Positions 59,111 to 64,000 of a stretch of DNA of 64,000 nucleotides are shown in pieces. The stretch lies in the IMG/VR virus record IMGVR_UViG_3300025120_000019; one strand, given 5' to 3'. The DNA is from a virus. The notes below the pieces were generated by a model that saw only the letters and a list, made by a program, of their open reading frames with translations, did no database searches and was not told where the DNA came from. How positions within the stretch are numbered: position 1 is the stretch's first letter; the number at the start of each line of letters is the position of its first letter. A program made the position numbers and the translations under genes.

Positions 59111-60352
59111 ATGACAAGTACAGAAAACATAGAAGATTTGTTACAAGTAGTTCTGGGCAAACACAATCATGAGTTTGTTTTAAAAAATGCTGATCTTACT
59201 TTATTAAATAGTTTTGATAGACAAATAAACAAAGGTGTTGCGTTAACTGATAGGCAACATAATTTATTAAAAACAAAATTACAAATTTATAAAAATCAAT
59301 TTATAAAATATGAAATTAGAAACTGGCAATATTCTCTTGAAACAACAAGAAGTCCGTTTAGAGAAATTGACCGTAGTAAGTATATTACTGTTGTAGATAA
59401 ATCAAAAATTATTGGACATGATAGATCGTATCTTACACTTAAAGATGGAGATTATATAAAAGTAAGATTTCCATTTAATAAAAAACATATTTCTAAATTA
59501 GAAAGCTGTTTACTAAAAACAAAAAGAAATGAATACTTTCATGAAAAAAATTCACACGAGCATTATTTTTTGTTTGATTCAAAAATATGTTATAATTTAG
59601 TTGATAATTTTCCTACATGGAATACAGATAAAGTTATTATAGATACTGCTAAAAAAGTTGAAGATATTATCAACAACAAAAATAATTACATACCTTATTA
59701 TAAAGATAATAAATTTTTTAACATATCACCAAATGTTACCGATATTGTACAAAAACTATCTGACGAAAAATCGATAGCAGATAAGTCAATTAAATATGGC
59801 TTCTTTTTAAACAATAATAAAAAAATAGATACACTGTTAGATAAGATTGCTTATAGAAAAGAACCAGCAGTATTAGCAGATCAAAACAAATATACTATAT
59901 ATAACATTGCCGATGTATTTGATCATCTCAATAGATATCCAATAATTGTTTGCTTAGATAAAGATGATTCTTACTTTCAGCTACAAGAATTATATAACGG
60001 ATTTTCAAAATACGTACCTAATGAGTTACAAAGCATTTTGTTTCGAATTGAAAGTTCAGATAAAACAAATGTTCAGTTAAATGAATTTGTAAAAGATAAA
60101 AAGTTAAATAACTGGGTAGACAATAAAACAAAAATAGTGTATATTAAAAAAGATAAACTACCTAAAGTTTTATTGAAAAGTTCGTTTAAACCAACAACTG
60201 CATTTTGTAAATCAAGTCTTCGACCTAGTAGATTAGTTACTAGCTACATTACTTTTAATTGTGATTTGATAGCATACAATGATACAGATTTAAGTAACTT
60301 TAAACAAACTTATAATAAAGGATTCAATTCTTGGCAACTTGTAAACTTATAA
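59111..60352 (+). CDS. Hypothetical protein upstream of uvsW
   Basis: 413 aa ORF directly after promoter; overlaps helicase start. Confidence 0.65.
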   Translation: MTSTENIEDLLQVVLGKHNHEFVLKNADLTLLNSFDRQINKGVALTDRQHNLLKTKLQIYKNQFIKYEIRNWQYSLETTRSPFREIDRSKYITVVDKSKIIGHDRSYLTLKDGDYIKVRFPFNKKHISKLESCLLKTKRNEYFHEKNSHEHYFLFDSKICYNLVDNFPTWNTDKVIIDTAKKVEDIINNKNNYIPYYKDNKFFNISPNVTDIVQKLSDEKSIADKSIKYGFFLNNNKKIDTLLDKIAYRKEPAVLADQNKYTIYNIADVFDHLNRYPIIVCLDKDDSYFQLQELYNGFSKYVPNELQSILFRIESSDKTNVQLNEFVKDKKLNNWVDNKTKIVYIKKDKLPKVLLKSSFKPTTAFCKSSLRPSRLVTSYITFNCDLIAYNDTDLSNFKQTYNKGFNSWQLVNL

Positions 60353-61794
60353 TAGAGGACGAGGTAAACATTAAACTTGAAGGACTTGATGTTGACGTAC
60401 GAAGAAAGTTAGCAAATAGTCTTAAGTTTGAGGTGCCTTATGCTAGGTATATGCCTCAATATAAATTAGGACGTTGGGATGGTAAGGTTGCATTTTTTGG
60501 TATTGGTGGTACAGGTTATGTAAATCATCTTGATACTATCACAGATGTATTAGCAAAAAACAAAGTACAAATAGTTGATATAGACGATAGGCGGCATCCA
60601 ATTAAATTGAACTTTACTCCTGTTACAGAACGCTACTGGGCCGACCAAGGTGTTGTATGGCCACAAGGTCATCCTGCAGAAGGTGAAGATGTAATTCTGC
60701 GTGATTATCAAGTAGAAGCAGTTAATAATTTTTTACAAGCACCACAAAGCTTGCAACAAATTGCTACCGGAGCAGGTAAAACTATAACTACTGCAACACT
60801 TAGTCATCTTGGAGAAAAGTACGGAAGAAGTATTGTTGTTGTACCAAACAAAAGTCTTGTTGTACAAACTGAAGAAGATTATATAAATTGCGGATTAGAC
60901 GTTGGTGTTTATTTTGGAGATAGAAAAGAACTAGGAAAAACACATACAATTTGTACCTGGCAAAGTTTAAATATATTAGATAAAAAACATAAAGACGGTG
61001 ATGCAGTTTTAAGTCTTGCAGAATTTTTGGATGGAGTAACAACTGTAATTGTTGACGAAGTACATCAAGCAAAGGCAGAAGTACTTAAAAATTTGCTTAC
61101 ACGCAATCTAAAAAATGCTCCAATACGTTGGGGACTTACTGGTACAATACCAAAAGAAAAGTTTGAATTTGAAAGTATACACGCTAGTTTAGGTCCAGTT
61201 ATTGGAGAAATTAGTGCAAAGGAACTACAAGACAAAGGTGTACTTGCTCAGTGTCACGTAAACATTGTACAGCTACTTGATACCCAAGTACACAGTAATT
61301 ATCAAGAAGAATTAAAATATCTTGTAACAAATCAAGATAGAATAGAATATTTAGGCAAATTATTAAACACAGTAAGAGAAGCAGGCAATACATTAATACT
61401 AGTAGACCGAATAAGTGCTGGTGAACAATTACAAACACTTATACCTAATAGTACATTTGTTAAAGGCGATGTTAAATTAAAAGATAGAAAAGAAGCATAT
61501 GACGAAATTAATCAAGGGACTAACCATGTTGTTATTGCAACGTATGGCGTTGCATCCGTTGGCATCAATATTCCTAGGATATTTAATCTTGTACTTATTG
61601 AGCCTGGCAAGTCATTTGTTCGTGTGATTCAATCAATTGGTAGAGGCGTAAGAAAGGCAAAAGACAAAGACTTCGTTCAGATATGGGATCTTACATCAAC
61701 GTGTAAGTTTGCGAAGCGGCATCTAACTCAACGTAAAAAGTTTTACAAAGAGGCGCAGTACCCATTCACCATTGAAAAGGTAGATTGGAAATAA
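60331..61794 (+). CDS. uvsW: SF2 DNA helicase UvsW
   Basis: WDGK, LRDYQ, ATGAGKT, IVDEVH, GLTGT, GINIP, QSIGRG.R. Confidence 0.9.
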   Translation: MATCKLIIEDEVNIKLEGLDVDVRRKLANSLKFEVPYARYMPQYKLGRWDGKVAFFGIGGTGYVNHLDTITDVLAKNKVQIVDIDDRRHPIKLNFTPVTERYWADQGVVWPQGHPAEGEDVILRDYQVEAVNNFLQAPQSLQQIATGAGKTITTATLSHLGEKYGRSIVVVPNKSLVVQTEEDYINCGLDVGVYFGDRKELGKTHTICTWQSLNILDKKHKDGDAVLSLAEFLDGVTTVIVDEVHQAKAEVLKNLLTRNLKNAPIRWGLTGTIPKEKFEFESIHASLGPVIGEISAKELQDKGVLAQCHVNIVQLLDTQVHSNYQEELKYLVTNQDRIEYLGKLLNTVREAGNTLILVDRISAGEQLQTLIPNSTFVKGDVKLKDRKEAYDEINQGTNHVVIATYGVASVGINIPRIFNLVLIEPGKSFVRVIQSIGRGVRKAKDKDFVQIWDLTSTCKFAKRHLTQRKKFYKEAQYPFTIEKVDWK

Positions 61795-62300
61795 TGAATA
61801 TACTCACGCTCGAGAACCAGAGTTTTAATTTAACTACTATACCTGACGAAGTTGATGATTCTTTAAGATTTAGTGTTTTAGATAATAGTAATCCGCAAGA
61901 TCCGGATTTCTTTTTTATACCATTGATTTTTTTAGAAAGCTTCAGTGCGCCAGCAGTAGTTTTAGATATTGACGGACAGTCTGTTACTATGCCATTAGAT
62001 TGGTGTGTAGCAGTTGGATGTAGTCAATCAGGAAGTGATTTAGAAGTCCTTCCATTAACAAGTCTTAATCAACGTGGCTTCGAAGCTTACTTGTTTAATC
62101 CTCTTACAGGAAGCAAACCTAAATTTGGCAAAATAGAAATTACAAGTTTTTATAATGATGTGAAATGGTATTTTCCAAAAATAAAAACTGGACAATTACT
62201 AAGTATTCCTATAACTACAGGAAACAATCCTGATTGTGCATTTTTTGTAAAAGACATTAACAGGCAAAGTGAAGTTATAGATTATGGTAAATTATTATAG
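61794..62300 (+). CDS. Hypothetical phage protein
   Basis: TAATG coupling to uvsW; start at ATG 61794. Confidence 0.65.
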   Translation: MNILTLENQSFNLTTIPDEVDDSLRFSVLDNSNPQDPDFFFIPLIFLESFSAPAVVLDIDGQSVTMPLDWCVAVGCSQSGSDLEVLPLTSLNQRGFEAYLFNPLTGSKPKFGKIEITSFYNDVKWYFPKIKTGQLLSIPITTGNNPDCAFFVKDINRQSEVIDYGKLL

Positions 62301-62311
62301 GAGAAAAGATA

Positions 62312-62464
62312 ATGAACAAATATTTAGGAATAATTTTTTGGTCAATGCTAGTTGTTGCAGGTGTACTTGGTTATATTGCAACTGATCAACTTGAAAATAG
62401 ACTAGATAATATGGAAAGTAAGATCGAAGATATAAACACTATGCTAAAGGAGATGAGCGAATGA
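62312..62464 (+). CDS. Small single-pass membrane protein with coiled coil (50 aa; not in ORF track)
   Basis: MNKYLGIIFWSMLVVAGVLGYIATDQLENRLDNMESKIEDINTMLKEMSE*; SD AGGAGA; ATGA overlap with next gene. Confidence 0.65.
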   Translation: MNKYLGIIFWSMLVVAGVLGYIATDQLENRLDNMESKIEDINTMLKEMSE

Positions 62465-62805
62465 AGGCAGGAAAAATTTGGGGACAAACTGAATTAATCC
62501 ACGCAAACGGTGTGCTTGAATTTCATCGTATTGAATACAAAGCAGGATTCAAATGTTCTGAGCATGAGCATAAATTTAAATGGAATGGATTCTTTGTTGA
62601 GTCAGGCAAAATGATTGTCAGAGTTTGGCAAGAAGATCAAGGACTTGTCGACGAAACAATTCTTACCGGTGGACAGTTTACACAAGTAAAGCCGGGTAAA
62701 ATACATCAATTTGAAGGACTAGAAGACGGCGTTGCATTTGAATTATATTGGGCTGAATTTAATCACGATGATATTGTAAGAAGGACCGCCGGATCAAATG
62801 TATGA
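62461..62805 (+). CDS. Cupin-domain protein (sugar isomerase-like)
   Basis: KIWG, CSEHEH..K...F.V.SG, PGKIHQF. Confidence 0.75.
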   Translation: MKAGKIWGQTELIHANGVLEFHRIEYKAGFKCSEHEHKFKWNGFFVESGKMIVRVWQEDQGLVDETILTGGQFTQVKPGKIHQFEGLEDGVAFELYWAEFNHDDIVRRTAGSNV

Positions 62806-63350
62806 CAAAACTTTCAACTGAATACTTAGAACAACTTAAAAAACTACATAGTACTTCATCTTTTGGTAGCGGTAAAGGATTACCTAAGGATGTAGTAGAT
62901 TTAATTAATAATGATACAAAGTCTATTTTAGACTTTGGTAGTGGTAAAGGATATACATCCGAATGGATAAAAAATACATATCCTAATATTAATCTTTATA
63001 CATATGACCCAGTTACTTCGCCTATACAATTACCAACAGAAGTTGATATTACCTATAGTAGTGATGTACTAGAACACGTTGAACCTGCACACATAGATCA
63101 AACATTAGATACATTGTTTAGTATAACCAAAAAGTATCAGTATCATTTAATAGCGTGTCATCCTGCAAAAAAATTATTATCAGATGGAAGGAATGCACAC
63201 TTGATTGTTGAATCTCCGGAGTGGTGGAAAAATAAAATTCAAAAATATAATTGGGAAATAGTTAGTGAAAAAATAAAAGAAAATTATAGAGAAAAATTTA
63301 ATCTTAATGTTATAAAATACATTGTCTTATTAAGAAATAAAGCGGAATAA
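62802..63350 (+). CDS. Class I SAM-dependent methyltransferase
   Basis: ILDFGSGKG, YDP, SDVLEHVEP, NAHLIVE..EWW. Confidence 0.8.
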   Translation: MTKLSTEYLEQLKKLHSTSSFGSGKGLPKDVVDLINNDTKSILDFGSGKGYTSEWIKNTYPNINLYTYDPVTSPIQLPTEVDITYSSDVLEHVEPAHIDQTLDTLFSITKKYQYHLIACHPAKKLLSDGRNAHLIVESPEWWKNKIQKYNWEIVSEKIKENYREKFNLNVIKYIVLLRNKAE

Positions 63351-63354
63351 TTTA

Positions 63355-63549
63355 ATGAAAAACTGGACTAAAAATTCTCCATATAGAAACAAAGACAAAG
63401 ATGAAATTGCTGATATATTTTATGAACAATTCAAAAAGCATGGTGTTAGACTTCCAGAAACATATACAGAGCAAGAACTAATTGACTTAAATCCTGGAGT
63501 TCCTGTATGGTTCACTAAACAACATATGAAATTGAGAGACAAAAAATGA
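63355..63549 (+). CDS. Hypothetical protein
   Basis: 64 aa ORF, ATGA overlap with gap. Confidence 0.5.
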   Translation: MKNWTKNSPYRNKDKDEIADIFYEQFKKHGVRLPETYTEQELIDLNPGVPVWFTKQHMKLRDKK

Positions 63550-64000
63550 AAGTAGGTATAAATGGATTTGGCCGAATTGGAAGGTGTTTAGCAAGACATA
63601 TTATGAGCGAACGCAGTGATATGGAACTTGTACAAATTAATGCAACAGGTGGGCAAGAAACGAACTTGCATTTGTTAAAATATGATAGTGTACATGGACG
63701 ATACACAGGGCCAATACAAGATCCTATACTGTGGACACAAGAACGTGATATAAGCAAAATAAGATGGTTTAATGTTGATATTGTATTTGAATGCACTGGT
63801 GCGTTTAGAGATGGCGATGTTTGTATGCATCATGTATCAGGGGGTGCAGGAAAAGTAGTTATTAGTAGCCCAGCAAAGAATGTAGACAAAACAGTTGTAT
63901 ACGGAGTTAATCATAAAGATATAGGCAGTAGCGATTATATAGTAAGCAATGCTAGTTGTACAACAAATTGTTTAGCACCTCTTGTTAAAGTCTTAGACGA
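63546..64000 (+). CDS. gap: Glyceraldehyde-3-phosphate dehydrogenase, type I (3'-truncated by window edge)
   Basis: Manual translation: MKVGINGFGRIGR..LLKYDSVHG..VFECTG.F..KVVISSP..VYGVNH..SNASCTTNCLAP (catalytic Cys motif). Confidence 0.93.
   Translation, partial: MKVGINGFGRIGRCLARHIMSERSDMELVQINATGGQETNLHLLKYDSVHGRYTGPIQDPILWTQERDISKIRWFNVDIVFECTGAFRDGDVCMHHVSGGAGKVVISSPAKNVDKTVVYGVNHKDIGSSDYIVSNASCTTNCLAPLVKVLD

Noticed and set aside
45046-61794. Inteins or introns in terminase, UvsX or UvsW
   Set aside because: Lengths are ordinary and motifs contiguous
63515-63796. 93 aa minus-strand ORF
   Set aside because: Antisense to the clear GAPDH reading frame
1-64000. CRISPR array, tRNA genes, stop-codon reassignment
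   Set aside because: No repeat-spacer arrays or cloverleafs noticed by eye; long ORFs are intact in the standard code and end in TAA, TGA and TAG

Overview
AT-rich 64 kb segment of a large T4-like myophage (probably aquatic/marine; host unknown). It carries virion genes (two giant paralogous fibre proteins of 3450 and 3929 aa, gp13/14/15, tail sheath gp18, tube gp19, gp4, terminase), replication/recombination genes (gp32, uvsX, uvsY, uvsW), a glycan-modification island, and a GAPDH gene cut by the window end. Most striking observation: both fibre proteins contain tandem ~140-160 aa helical repeats with a K-C-x-R-D motif that lines up by eye with the bilin-binding helix of phycobiliproteins. 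These repeats are interrupted by a ~100 aa beta module that has inserted into their loops and into copies of itself. Also seen: a candidate ~200 nt structured ncRNA with its own promoter and terminator, apparent avoidance of GCWGC, leaderless late genes, a consensus promoter with a 20-bp palindrome in its spacer, and an A11 tract that could split a glycosyltransferase fusion. All family calls are by-eye motif recognition; no searches were run.
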